Below, piece after piece: positions 32,985-42,263 of a stretch of 64,000 nt of DNA. The position numbers and the translations under genes are program-made. Numbering within the stretch: the stretch's first letter is position 1; each line of letters starts with the position of its first letter. The stretch spans positions 32,001-96,000 of the forward strand of contig CAWBHS010000039.1 of assembly GCA_963788655.1 (NCBI GenBank). Reading direction: 5' to 3'. The notes beneath the pieces were generated by a model. The model searched no databases and was not told the origin of the DNA. It was given only the letters and a program-made list of their open reading frames with translations. The DNA comes from an uncultured Verrucomicrobiae bacterium (GTDB taxonomy: Bacteria > Verrucomicrobiota > Verrucomicrobiia > Limisphaerales > JAFGQR01).

Positions 32985-33584
32985 ATGCGAATTATTGGTG
33001 GAACCGCCGGCGGCACGATTTTGAGAGCGCCCAAGGGGCTGCACGTTCGCCCGACGCCGGACTTGGTGCGCCAGGCCGTGTTCAACAGTCTGGGCGTGCG
33101 GGTGGCCGGGGCGCGCGTGTTGGAATTGTTCGGCGGAACGGGCGCGCTGAGTCTGGAATGCCTGAGCCGCGGGGCGACCGAAGCCCTGTGCATCGAACGC
33201 TCCGCCAAGCACGCGCGATACATCGAACAGAACTTCGCGCAGACCGGTCTGCCGAACGGAGTCTTCCATTTGCGGGTGCAAGATGTGTTCACGGCGTTGC
33301 CGCAATTGGCTGGCGCCGGCGAATGCTTTGACCTGATCCTGGCCGATCCACCCTTTGGCGAAAAGAACATCGGGCGACGTTCGGAATCACTTTCCCAGAA
33401 ACTGCTCGATGACTCGCATCTGCCCGCCCTGCTGGTGCCCGACGGGCTATTCATTCTGGGTCATGCCAAGCGCGACGTGCTGACCATTCCCCCCCAATGG
33501 CATGAACTAAAAACCCTCAAGCACGGTGACTCGCTGATGTGTCTTCTGGTAAAGCCGGTGGCGGAACTGCGTCCAAAACTTTAG
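32985..33584 (+). CDS. rsmD: 16S rRNA m2G966 methyltransferase
   Basis: MRIIGG, VRPTPD.VRQAVFN, LELFGGTGALSLECLSRGA, ADPPF. Confidence 0.9.
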   Translation: MRIIGGTAGGTILRAPKGLHVRPTPDLVRQAVFNSLGVRVAGARVLELFGGTGALSLECLSRGATEALCIERSAKHARYIEQNFAQTGLPNGVFHLRVQDVFTALPQLAGAGECFDLILADPPFGEKNIGRRSESLSQKLLDDSHLPALLVPDGLFILGHAKRDVLTIPPQWHELKTLKHGDSLMCLLVKPVAELRPKL

Positions 33585-33667
33585 CCGGAGGTCGTTAGCA
33601 GACGGGTGGCGCTCAGCCGCGAATTATAGCGCGCTCTGTCGGCGGGAGCCCCATTACCAAAACCGTG

Positions 33668-33720
33668 TTGACAGGTGTGGGAACGTCGCTTATCTATATT
33701 TCGTTATTTCGCGAAATATA
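33668..33720 (+). promoter_or_regulatory. ars promoter with putative ArsR operator
   Basis: TTGACA at 33668; perfect inverted repeat TATATTTCG-N8-CGAAATATA (33695-33720) just upstream of the arsR start. Confidence 0.7.
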
Positions 33721-33725
33721 ATTAA

Positions 33726-34091
33726 ATGCACGAGTTCATGAACATTACAAAAGCGTTGGCGGATGAAACCCGCGTGCGCACTTTGCTGGCATTGCGGCCC
33801 GGGGAGTTGTGCGTCTGCCAGATTACTGAATTGTTCGGACTGGCGCCGTCAACGATGTCCAAACATTTGGCGATTCTCCACCAGGCCGGATTGGTGGAGT
33901 CGCGCAAACATGGACGCTGGAATTATTTCAAGCTGCCCGACCAGAGCGCCCCGGTGGTCGTGCGCGAGGCGCTGGATTGGGTGAACAAGTCCCTCAGCAG
34001 TAATTCACACGTCATCGAAGACCGCCGACAACTCAAGCAAATCCTCAAACAAGAACCCGCCGAACTGTGCAAACGCCAATGTCAAAGATGA
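33726..34091 (+). CDS. arsR: ArsR/SmtB transcriptional repressor
   Basis: KALADETR, ELCVCQI, STMSKHLAIL, C-terminal cysteines. Confidence 0.92.
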   Translation: MHEFMNITKALADETRVRTLLALRPGELCVCQITELFGLAPSTMSKHLAILHQAGLVESRKHGRWNYFKLPDQSAPVVVREALDWVNKSLSSNSHVIEDRRQLKQILKQEPAELCKRQCQR

Positions 34092-34516
34092 AAATTTTGT
34101 TCCTGTGCACCGGAAACTCCTGTCGTAGCCAGATGGCGGAAGGCTGGGCGCGGCACCTCAAAGGCGACCGCCTCGAGGCCTATTCCGCCGGCATCGCGAA
34201 GCACGGCCTGAATCCCCACGCCCTCCAGGTGATGGCCGAAGCCGGCGTGGACATCTCCAAGCATCACTCCAAAACACTCGATGACCTCGGCCCAATCCCG
34301 TTTGACTATGTCGTGACGGTTTGTGGCCATGCCAATGAGCATTGCCCCATTTTTCCCGGTCAGACCCAAGTCGTGCATGTGGGGTTTGACGATCCGCCAA
34401 CGCTCACCAAAGCCATGCCGGATGGGGAGGAAAAGCTGACAGTCTATCGGCGCGTGCGAGATGAAATCCGGCGGTTTGTGGAGACTTTGCCGGAATCATT
34501 GGAGCGCCAAACTTGA
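34088..34516 (+). CDS. arsC: Arsenate reductase, thioredoxin-coupled LMW-PTP type
   Basis: CTGNSCRSQMAE, TVC...HCP, FDDP, VRDEI. Confidence 0.93.
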   Translation: MKILFLCTGNSCRSQMAEGWARHLKGDRLEAYSAGIAKHGLNPHALQVMAEAGVDISKHHSKTLDDLGPIPFDYVVTVCGHANEHCPIFPGQTQVVHVGFDDPPTLTKAMPDGEEKLTVYRRVRDEIRRFVETLPESLERQT

Positions 34517-34525
34517 AAGGTAATC

Positions 34526-35407
34526 ATGGATATGAATTCAGAAATCGTGCGTGAAAAAGTTCGCGAGGGTTACGGTCAGATTGCCCGGAGCAACAGTTCG
34601 TGCTGCAACTCCGGATTAAGTTGCTGCGGTTCTGCCCCAGCAGAGGCGGAGAAACTCGCCCAACACATCGGCTATTCGTTGGAAGAATTGTCGGCATTGC
34701 CGGACGGCGCCAATATGGGCCTTTCGTGCGGCAACCCGAATGCACTGGCTGCGCTCCAGCTCGGCGAAGTGGTGTTAGACCTGGGCGCGGGGGGCGGATT
34801 CGATGTGTTTATTGCCGGCCAGAAAGTGGGCGCGAGCGGCCGAGCCATCGGAGTGGATATGACGCCGGACATGTTGGCCAAGGCGCGGAAGAACATTGCT
34901 GCCTATCGCGATCGCACGGGGCTGAACAACGTCGAATTCCGGTTGGGCGAAATTGAGCACCTGCCCGTGGCCGATGCCAGTGTGGACGTGGTCATTTCGA
35001 ATTGCGTGATCAATCTCTCGCCCGACAAACCCCAGATCTGGCGTGAAATCGCTCGCGTGCTCAAGCCGGGCGGGCGGGTTGCCGTGTCTGACCTGGCTCT
35101 GCTCCGGCCGCTGCCGCCCGAGATCGTGGAGATGGTCGAAGCGTTGGTCGGCTGTGTGGCGGGAGCGGCGCTGGTATCCGATACCGAGCGCATGGTTCGG
35201 GAAGCGGGCCTGGATGAAATCGTTCCTACAGCCAAGTCAGGCTACGTGGATCAAATGGTGGATAGCCAGGATCCGCTGTACCAGAAGATCATTGCCCACT
35301 TGCCGGCAGGAACCAAACCGGGGGACTACATCACCAGCCTGGAAGTGACTGCCCGAAAACCTCAATCGTCGAATTCGCATGAACCAAACCGCTGCTGTTG
35401 CTCTTGA
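34526..35407 (+). CDS. arsM: Arsenite S-adenosylmethionine methyltransferase
   Basis: N-terminal CC pairs, GLSCGNP, LDLGAGGGFD, ISNCVINL, GCVAGA. Confidence 0.93.
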   Translation: MDMNSEIVREKVREGYGQIARSNSSCCNSGLSCCGSAPAEAEKLAQHIGYSLEELSALPDGANMGLSCGNPNALAALQLGEVVLDLGAGGGFDVFIAGQKVGASGRAIGVDMTPDMLAKARKNIAAYRDRTGLNNVEFRLGEIEHLPVADASVDVVISNCVINLSPDKPQIWREIARVLKPGGRVAVSDLALLRPLPPEIVEMVEALVGCVAGAALVSDTERMVREAGLDEIVPTAKSGYVDQMVDSQDPLYQKIIAHLPAGTKPGDYITSLEVTARKPQSSNSHEPNRCCCS

Positions 35408-36501
35408 TTCTTCCCTCGCGCCGCCAAAGCGTCTCGACTTCTTCGAGCGTTACCTGACCGCTGTGGGTTTTGCTCTGCATGGTGGTCGGCGTGGCGTTCG
35501 GAAAGCTGTTGCCCGGACGTCACCGCGGCGTTGAGCAAACTGGAATTCGGCCAGGGCTCGCAGGTCAACGTGCCCATCGCGCGTGCTGATCTGGCTGATG
35601 ATTTACCCGATGATGCTCAAGGTGGATTTCAGCGCCATCGGCGGCATCGCGCGGAAGCCCAAGGGATTGATGGTGACGCTGTTCGTCAACTGGCTGGTCA
35701 AGCCGTTCAGCATGGCGTTGCTGGCCTGGGTGTTCATGCAGCATGTGTTTGCCGCGTGGATCGACCCGGAGACGGCCAGGAATTACACCGCCGGCCTGAT
35801 CATCCTCGCCGCCGCGCCCTGCACCGCGATGGTGTTTGTCTGGTCCTATCTGACCGATGGCGATCCGGTTTATACGCTGGTGCAGGTGGCGGTGAACGAC
35901 CTCATCATGCTGGTCGCCTTCGCGCCCATCGTGATGTTCCTGTGCGGCGTGGCCAACGTGGTGGTGCCGTCCAAGGTGCTGATCACTTCCGTGGTGGTGT
36001 TCATCGTCATTCCGCTGGCGGCGGGTTGGCTGACACGCACGCTGCTCTTGAAGTCGCACGGCAAGGAATGGTTCGAGCAGAACTTCCTGCCGAAGTTCCA
36101 TCCGGTGACGATCTTGGCGCTGCTGCTGACGCTGGTGCTGATCTTCGCGTTTCAGGCGGAGAACCTGACCACGCGCTGGCTGGCGGTGCTGTTGCTGGCG
36201 GTGCCGATCATCATCCAGGTCTATTTCAACTCCGTCGCTCGCCTACCTGCTGATGCGCTGGTTCAAAGTGCCGCACAACGTCGCGTCGCCCGGCGCGCTC
36301 ATCGGCGCGAGCAATTTCTTTGAACTGGCCGTGGCCGTGGCCATCACGTTGTTCGGTCCGGGATCGGGCGCCGCGCTGGCGACGGTGGTTGGCGTGCTGG
36401 TGGAAGTGCCGGTGATGCTCTCGGTCTGCCGAATCTGTAATCGATCGCGCACTTGGTACCAGGGCAGTCTTGGCGACGGAAGCATGACCAATGATCAATG
36501 A
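35379..36501 (+). CDS. acr3: Acr3 arsenite efflux permease (frameshifted)
   Basis: [65 protein letters not shown]. Confidence 0.93.
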
Positions 36502-36543
36502 CCAAGCCCATCCTACTGTCTCATCGGTAAGTGTTGGCGCGAC

Positions 36544-36629
36544 AGCGTTTTGGAGTGCGGCAGTCCCCTGCCGCTTTCGATGGGTAGCCGGGCGTTCGAC
36601 AGCGGCAGAGGACTGCCGCACTCCAAAAC
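36544..36629. repeat. REP-like pair, TGGAGTGCG family
   Basis: GTTTTGGAGTGCGGCAGTCCCCTGCCGCT ... AGCGGCAGAGGACTGCCGCACTCCAAAAC. Related pairs at 41924-42058 and 45325-45433. Confidence 0.75.
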
Positions 36630-36857
36630 CTGATACGGTTGCTTGGGTAGTCCCTTCCGCAAACGAGCCGAAGCTGATGTTCCGACGAGCCTTCCCCACG
36701 TTCCCCGATTCCGAATACCAAACTTCAGGGGAAGGCGGTTCGCTGTCCTGCCAAAGCGCGCTTGAGAAAACTTGCGACCAGGCGGCCATGGTGGTGATTT
36801 CATTTGGCCTTCGCGTCCTTCAATGGAAAGACTTGACAAAATTAGCCATTTAGCGAA

Positions 36858-37178
36858 ATGTATTTGCCAATGGCTATTAAACCATCGATTACTCCGTCAC
36901 AATTCAAGGCGCAGGCGCAAGTGTTCAAGGCCCTCGCGCACCCGGGGCGTTTGCTCATGGTGGACGAGTTGTCGCGCGGGGAACGGTGCGTGTGCGAACT
37001 CGCCAAACTGGTCGGCTCGGAGATGCCGACCGTGTCGCGGCATTTGGCCCAACTCAAACACGCCGGAATCGTCGAGGACGAGAAACGCGGGGCCCAGGTT
37101 TTTTACCGGCTGGTCACGCCGTGCGTTATGAATTTCTTTCAGTGTGTCTCGTCGGTGCGGGACAAGTCATCCCAGTAA
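36858..37178 (+). CDS. arsR: Second ArsR-family repressor
   Basis: FKALAHPGRL, ERCVCEL, TVSRHLAQL, C-terminal PCV..FFQC. TTGACA at 36833 and an operator-like ATTAGC...GCGAAAT upstream. Confidence 0.9.
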   Translation: MYLPMAIKPSITPSQFKAQAQVFKALAHPGRLLMVDELSRGERCVCELAKLVGSEMPTVSRHLAQLKHAGIVEDEKRGAQVFYRLVTPCVMNFFQCVSSVRDKSSQ

Positions 37179-37262
37179 GCGAACGCGGATGCCGGTGCTA
37201 TTTTTTTGACTTTGAAATTATCTAATTGGCTAAATGTCGAATAAGCTTAGTGTCGAGTTGCG

Positions 37263-38600
37263 ATGAATGAGGCGTGTGAAATAAATGGCTCGAACCCGAA
37301 TTGGAGCCGCGAATTGAAAGTGCTGGCCGGCTTCGTCGTGGTGTTCCTGGGCCTTTCATTCCTGCCCGTTGGCGTGCCCCGCTTCGACCATGCGCTCACC
37401 GAGGGGTTGGCGTTGACCAAATGGTACGCGCAAGAGCATGTGCTGCTGTGTCTGGTTCCGGCGTTGTTCATTGCCGGCGGGATCAGCGCGTTTGTCAACC
37501 AGGCGTCGGTCATGCGGTACTTGGGACCCAAGGCCAACAAGGCGCTGGCTTATGGCGTGGCCTCGGTGTCGGGAACCATCCTGGCGGTGTGCTCTTGCAC
37601 GGTACTGCCATTGTTCGGAGGGATCTGGATGCGCGGAGCGGGACTGGGTCCGGCCACGGCGTTTCTCTATTCGGGCCCAGCCATCAATGTGTTGGCCATT
37701 GTGCTGACCGCCCGGATTCTGGGTTTCGAATTGGGCATCGCCCGGGCGATTGGCGCGATCGTTTTCAGTGTGGTGATCGGTCTGGCCATGCACTTTGTTT
37801 TCCGGCGGGAGGAGCAAGCCAAGGCGGAGGCCGCGGTCGATTTGCCCGAGCCCGAAACGCCCCGTCCGCTTTGGCAAAATGCCTTGTTCTTTGCGGCCAT
37901 GGTCGGCGTGCTGGTGTTTGCCAACTGGAGCAAGCCCGATGAATCAACTGGCTTTTGGGCCGCAATCTACGTTTGGAAATGGCCTTTCAGCGGCGCGTTT
38001 GCCGTGGGCTTGGCAGCGGTGCTGGGTGTCTGGTTTGGATTTGCCTGGTCCGGCTTGATACTGGCCGCAGTTCCGGTGGCGGCCTTGAGTTTCATTTTTC
38101 CCCACGAGCCACAGATTGCTTTTGTGGCCGGCTGCATTGGTCTGGTGGTCTTGTGTGCGCGGCATTCGGATGCCGGCCGCGAGTGGCTGGACGCCACCTG
38201 GACGTTGGCCAAGCAAATCTTCCCGTTGCTCATCGGCGGCGTGTTTATCTCCGGGATGCTCCTCGGCCGACCCGGACACGAAGGGCTGATTCCCTCGCAG
38301 TGGGTTAGCCATTCGGTGGGAGGCAATTCGTTGTTGGCTAATGCGGCTTCTTCGGTGGTTGGCGCCTTCATGTATTTTGCCACGTTGACGGAGGTGCCCA
38401 TTCTCCAAGGCTTGCTCGGTTCCGGCATGGGGAAGGGCCCCGCGCTGGCATTGTTGTTGGCCGGGCCGGCACTTTCGTTGCCCAATATGCTGGTGCTGCG
38501 CAGCATCATGGGCACGAAGAAGGTCGTCGTTTATGTGGCGTTGGTCGTGGTGATGGCGACGGTGAGCGGGTTGGTGTTTGGGGCAGGGTGGGGGAGGTGA
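37263..38600 (+). CDS. arsP: ArsP-like (DUF318) permease
   Basis: EHVLLCLVPALFIAG, LAVCSCTVLPLF, FLYSGPAIN, YFATLTEVPI, LLAGPALSLP. Confidence 0.85.
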   Translation: MNEACEINGSNPNWSRELKVLAGFVVVFLGLSFLPVGVPRFDHALTEGLALTKWYAQEHVLLCLVPALFIAGGISAFVNQASVMRYLGPKANKALAYGVASVSGTILAVCSCTVLPLFGGIWMRGAGLGPATAFLYSGPAINVLAIVLTARILGFELGIARAIGAIVFSVVIGLAMHFVFRREEQAKAEAAVDLPEPETPRPLWQNALFFAAMVGVLVFANWSKPDESTGFWAAIYVWKWPFSGAFAVGLAAVLGVWFGFAWSGLILAAVPVAALSFIFPHEPQIAFVAGCIGLVVLCARHSDAGREWLDATWTLAKQIFPLLIGGVFISGMLLGRPGHEGLIPSQWVSHSVGGNSLLANAASSVVGAFMYFATLTEVPILQGLLGSGMGKGPALALLLAGPALSLPNMLVLRSIMGTKKVVVYVALVVVMATVSGLVFGAGWGR

Positions 38601-38611
38601 GGGGGGATGTG

Positions 38612-38658
38612 AGATGCCGGATGCTGGATACCGGATGCCGGATGCCGGATGCCAGATG
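38612..38658. repeat. 7-bp tandem repeat (GATGCCG)n
   Basis: About 6 imperfect units directly visible. Confidence 0.8.
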
Positions 38659-38736
38659 GGGGGAATGGGAAATGGGGTGCAGTGGATGATTTTGGGTAAC
38701 GTGTGAACAACGAACGATGAACGGTGAATTGATTTT

Positions 38737-39000
38737 ATGAACAAGATATTAGTCCTCGGAACTGGCTGCGCAAAGTGCAAGACACTGGCGCAATTTACGG
38801 AACAGGCGGCGAATGAACTCGGCCTGCCATACGAACTGACCAAGGTGACCGACCTCAAGCAAATTATGGCCTTGGGCGTGATGATGACGCCGGCCTTGGC
38901 GGTCAACGGCAAGGTGAAGGTTGTGGGCAAAGTGCCAAGTGTGGCGGATCTGAAGGGCATTTTAAGCGAGTGCGCGGAGAAAGAGGCCGCTGGAAAATAG
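38737..39000 (+). CDS. Small redox-active disulfide protein (thioredoxin-like)
   Basis: ILVLGTGCAKC...GVMMTPALAVNG. Confidence 0.9.
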   Translation: MNKILVLGTGCAKCKTLAQFTEQAANELGLPYELTKVTDLKQIMALGVMMTPALAVNGKVKVVGKVPSVADLKGILSECAEKEAAGK

Positions 39001-39065
39001 TCACTCTCGGAAACGAGGAGTGGAAGTAAACGCGGAGTTGAAATCGTGAAGACTGAAACTGACTT

Positions 39066-40352
39066 ATGAAAACATCAGCACGAATCGGAATCGTAGCGGC
39101 CTTGGCCGTGGCCGTCGTGGCGGCGGTGGCCCTCAAGAACAACAGTAAGATAGCCTCCGCCGAGGCGAACATGGCAAAGGAGGGGAGGCTTGAGTCAGCG
39201 ACCGGGGCGGACTCCACCACTCAGCGGCTGCCCAAACTCATCGACCTGGGCGCCGACAAGTGCATTCCCTGCAAAATGATGGCGCCCATTCTCAAGCAAC
39301 TGAAGGAAGATTACGCGGGCAAACTCGAGGTCGAATTCATCGATGTGTGGAAGAATCCGGAGGCCGGCAAGCAATACAGCATCGAACTGATTCCGACCCA
39401 GATATTCTTCAATCCTCAAGGTAAGGAATTGTTCCGCCACACGGGATTTTGGGGTCGCGAAGACCTGCTCGGGAAATGGAAGGAATTGGGCTACGACCTT
39501 GGGGGCGGCCCGCCCGCGCTGGTGCGGGAGAAAGCGATGAAGGCGGATGTTCGTCCCCGCGATCAAGTCTGTTCTTTGTGCGATGGCGACGTGAATCCGC
39601 GAACCAAAACGCTGGTTAACGGCCAGAGCGAGCAACGCACCTTGTGCTCGCCGCATTGCTATTTTATCTACTGCTCCAGCCTGATGGGAGGCGATCCGAA
39701 AAGCGAAGATGCCAAGGTTAAGGTAACCGATTGGGCTGCGGGCAAACCGCTCTCGGCGACTTCGGGCACTTATCTTTACGGCATGGACGCCAAAGGCCGG
39801 CCCACGATCAAGGCCTTTGCCAGCAAGGCGGCCGCCCTCGACGAAATGCAGCACAACCCCGGTAATGTGCTGGCTTGGGACACGCTCCGATCCAAGGAAC
39901 TGGCGACACGTTGCGGATTCTGCGACCGGGCTGTTTATCCGGAAGACGCCAGCAAAGTCGCCGTGGACGGCACCACGCACACCTATGGCTGTTGCACCCA
40001 TTGCGCCTTGGGCGTGGCAGCCCGTCTCCAAAAGGACATCGAAGTCGAAGCACGCGACGGTTTTTCCGGCGAAACGATCCGGGTGAAAACGTTGAACGGC
40101 AGCGTCGCGTCGCTGGAACCACCCACGGCGGTGGCGTGGTTCGGACAAAAACAGAATGCCGACGGCAAATGGGTTTCGGCCGGCTGTTTCAAACAGGGAT
40201 TCTTCGTCAACCAGGACCACTTGAAGCAATGGCTGGACGCCCGTCCCGCGATGACGGGACGCCAGATTACGATTGCCCAGGCGCTGGCGGACAAAATGAA
40301 GTTGACCCCGGAACAGATTGCCAAGGCGTGCAAGCTGGGGGAGTGCAAGTAA
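39066..40352 (+). CDS. Exported thioredoxin fused to NosL-like and MerB-like domains
   Basis: N-terminal hydrophobic anchor; CIPC and IPTQ Trx motifs; CSLC...CSPHC; CGFC...YGCCTHCAL...GETIRV...LEPPTAVAW...GCFKQGFF...QWL. Confidence 0.7.
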   Translation: MKTSARIGIVAALAVAVVAAVALKNNSKIASAEANMAKEGRLESATGADSTTQRLPKLIDLGADKCIPCKMMAPILKQLKEDYAGKLEVEFIDVWKNPEAGKQYSIELIPTQIFFNPQGKELFRHTGFWGREDLLGKWKELGYDLGGGPPALVREKAMKADVRPRDQVCSLCDGDVNPRTKTLVNGQSEQRTLCSPHCYFIYCSSLMGGDPKSEDAKVKVTDWAAGKPLSATSGTYLYGMDAKGRPTIKAFASKAAALDEMQHNPGNVLAWDTLRSKELATRCGFCDRAVYPEDASKVAVDGTTHTYGCCTHCALGVAARLQKDIEVEARDGFSGETIRVKTLNGSVASLEPPTAVAWFGQKQNADGKWVSAGCFKQGFFVNQDHLKQWLDARPAMTGRQITIAQALADKMKLTPEQIAKACKLGECK

Positions 40353-40382
40353 CCAACTACAACCAGTCGAACTAAGGCGCGT

Positions 40383-41162
40383 ATGAACATCAACAGCATT
40401 GGATTCATCGGGGGCGGACGGGTAACTCGCATCTTGCTCCGCGGTTTCAAAACGGCGGGAGTCAATCTGCCCAGGGTGGTCGTCAGCGACACCAATCCGG
40501 AAGCGCTGGACGCGGTGCGGGCCATTGCCCCAAACGTCCAATCAGCCGGAGCGGACAACGCGCAGGCCGCGGCGCAGGATCTGGTTTTCTTAGCGTTGCA
40601 CCCGCCGGCCATTGGCGGTGTGGCGCCGACCATTAAGCCGGCCCTCCGTCCTGAGGCGGTGCTGGTGTCGTTGGCGCCCAAATTCACCATGGCAAAGTTG
40701 AGTGAATTGCTGGGCGGCTTTTCCCGGCTGGCGCGGATGATTCCCAACGCGCCGTCGATCATCGGTGCAGGATACAATCCCCTGGCGTGCGGCGCCGGGC
40801 TGAATGCGACCGACAAACAAGCGCTGACCAGCTTTCTGGCGCCGCTGGGCGAATGCCCCGAGGTGGCCGAATCGAAACTGGAAGGCTACGCATTGCTGAC
40901 CGCTATGGGGCCGACGTACCTGTGGTTCCAATTGCAGACCTTGCGCAAACTGGCGCTGGAATTTGGTTTGGATGACGCGGAGGTCACGCCGGCGCTCAAG
41001 CGCACGGTCTGTGGTTCCGCGCGAACGCTGCTCGACTCGGGATTGTCGCCGGCTGACGTGATGGACTTGATTCCGGTAAAACCGTTGGCCGAGGATGAAC
41101 CAGGCATCACCCAAGCCTACCGACTCCGGCTCACCGCATTGTTCCAGAAGCTTAAGGCGTGA
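40383..41162 (+). CDS. Pyrroline-5-carboxylate reductase-like NAD(P)-binding protein
   Basis: IGFIGGG Rossmann motif, RMIPNAPS, LTAMGPTY. Confidence 0.8.
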   Translation: MNINSIGFIGGGRVTRILLRGFKTAGVNLPRVVVSDTNPEALDAVRAIAPNVQSAGADNAQAAAQDLVFLALHPPAIGGVAPTIKPALRPEAVLVSLAPKFTMAKLSELLGGFSRLARMIPNAPSIIGAGYNPLACGAGLNATDKQALTSFLAPLGECPEVAESKLEGYALLTAMGPTYLWFQLQTLRKLALEFGLDDAEVTPALKRTVCGSARTLLDSGLSPADVMDLIPVKPLAEDEPGITQAYRLRLTALFQKLKA

Positions 41163-41187
41163 CGCGTGAAGAGCGTAACGTGATTGC

Positions 41188-41887
41188 ATGGAACGTCTGT
41201 TCACCGGACTAACTCACGCAGTCGAAGGCACCCCGGCCATCGCGCTGGGCGCGGCGTTGGTGTGGGGTGTCCTGAGCATTGTGTTGAGTCCATGCCATCT
41301 CTCCAGCATTCCCCTCATTGTTGGTTTCATCAGCGGACAAGGCCGCACGACGACGCGCCGGGCGTTTACCGTAGCCACGCTGTTTGCAATTGGCATCCTG
41401 GTTACCATTGCGGCAGTCGGGGCCATTACGGCTGCCGCCGGCCGCATGATGGGTGACGTGGGCCAGTGGGGGAATTACCTCGTGGCAGGCATCTTTTTCG
41501 TCGTCGGCCTTTATCTGCTCGACGTGGTTCCGTTGCCCTGGTCGGGACCGGGTCAGGTGAACATGAAGGGGCGAGGAATGCTCGCGGCGTTCCTGCTGGG
41601 GCTCCTATTCGGCATCGCGGTGGGTCCCTGCACGTTTGTGTACATGGCGCCGATGCTGGGGGTGACTTTCAAACTGGCTGGCACCCAGGCGCTTTACAGC
41701 GCGTTACTGCTGCTGGCTTATGGCGTGGGCCATTGCGCCGTGATTGTCATGGCGGGGACATTCACCGAGATGGTGCAGCGTTACCTCGATTGGAACGAGC
41801 AATCCCGAGGCATCAAAATTCTGAAAGGCCGTATGTGGCGTGCTGGTGCTGGCCGGCGGGGTTTACCTGATTTACACGGCGCCGTGA
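41188..41887 (+). CDS. ccdA: CcdA/DsbD-family transmembrane electron transporter (frameshift near C-terminus)
   Basis: LSPCHLSSIPL and GPCT motifs, about six TM helices; corrected frame ends ...YLIYTAP* at 41887. Confidence 0.85.
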
Positions 41888-42140
41888 CGCACGACCGTGT
41901 CATGGCTTGCCCTTGTTCGCGCCAGCGTTTGGAGTGCGTCCGGCTTGCGGGCGCTTTCGTGTGGAGACGAGCACGCAAAGGCGTGTTTGCCTTGCATTTG
42001 ACTTTGCGCGTCCTCCCGCAATACGAAAGCGGGAGCAAGCTCCACGCACTCCAAACGCTTCGCGAGTTTCAACGCCCCCGCCCATGACACAGGTGAACAC
42101 CTTCGAAGGAACCTTGTGCATCCTACGCGCGCCGAGCACC

Positions 42141-42263
42141 GGTAGGACAGGGCGTCCCGCCTGTCCCGCGTTTCCGGAGAACGTTCACTTTCTCAGAGAA
42201 CGAACACTCGTTGATCCATGATCACCTCTTGGCCATTCGGGACAGCCGGGACGGCTGTCCTAC
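42141..42263. repeat. REP-like pair GTAGGACAGG...CTGTCCTAC
   Basis: Inverted arms between convergent genes. Confidence 0.65.
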
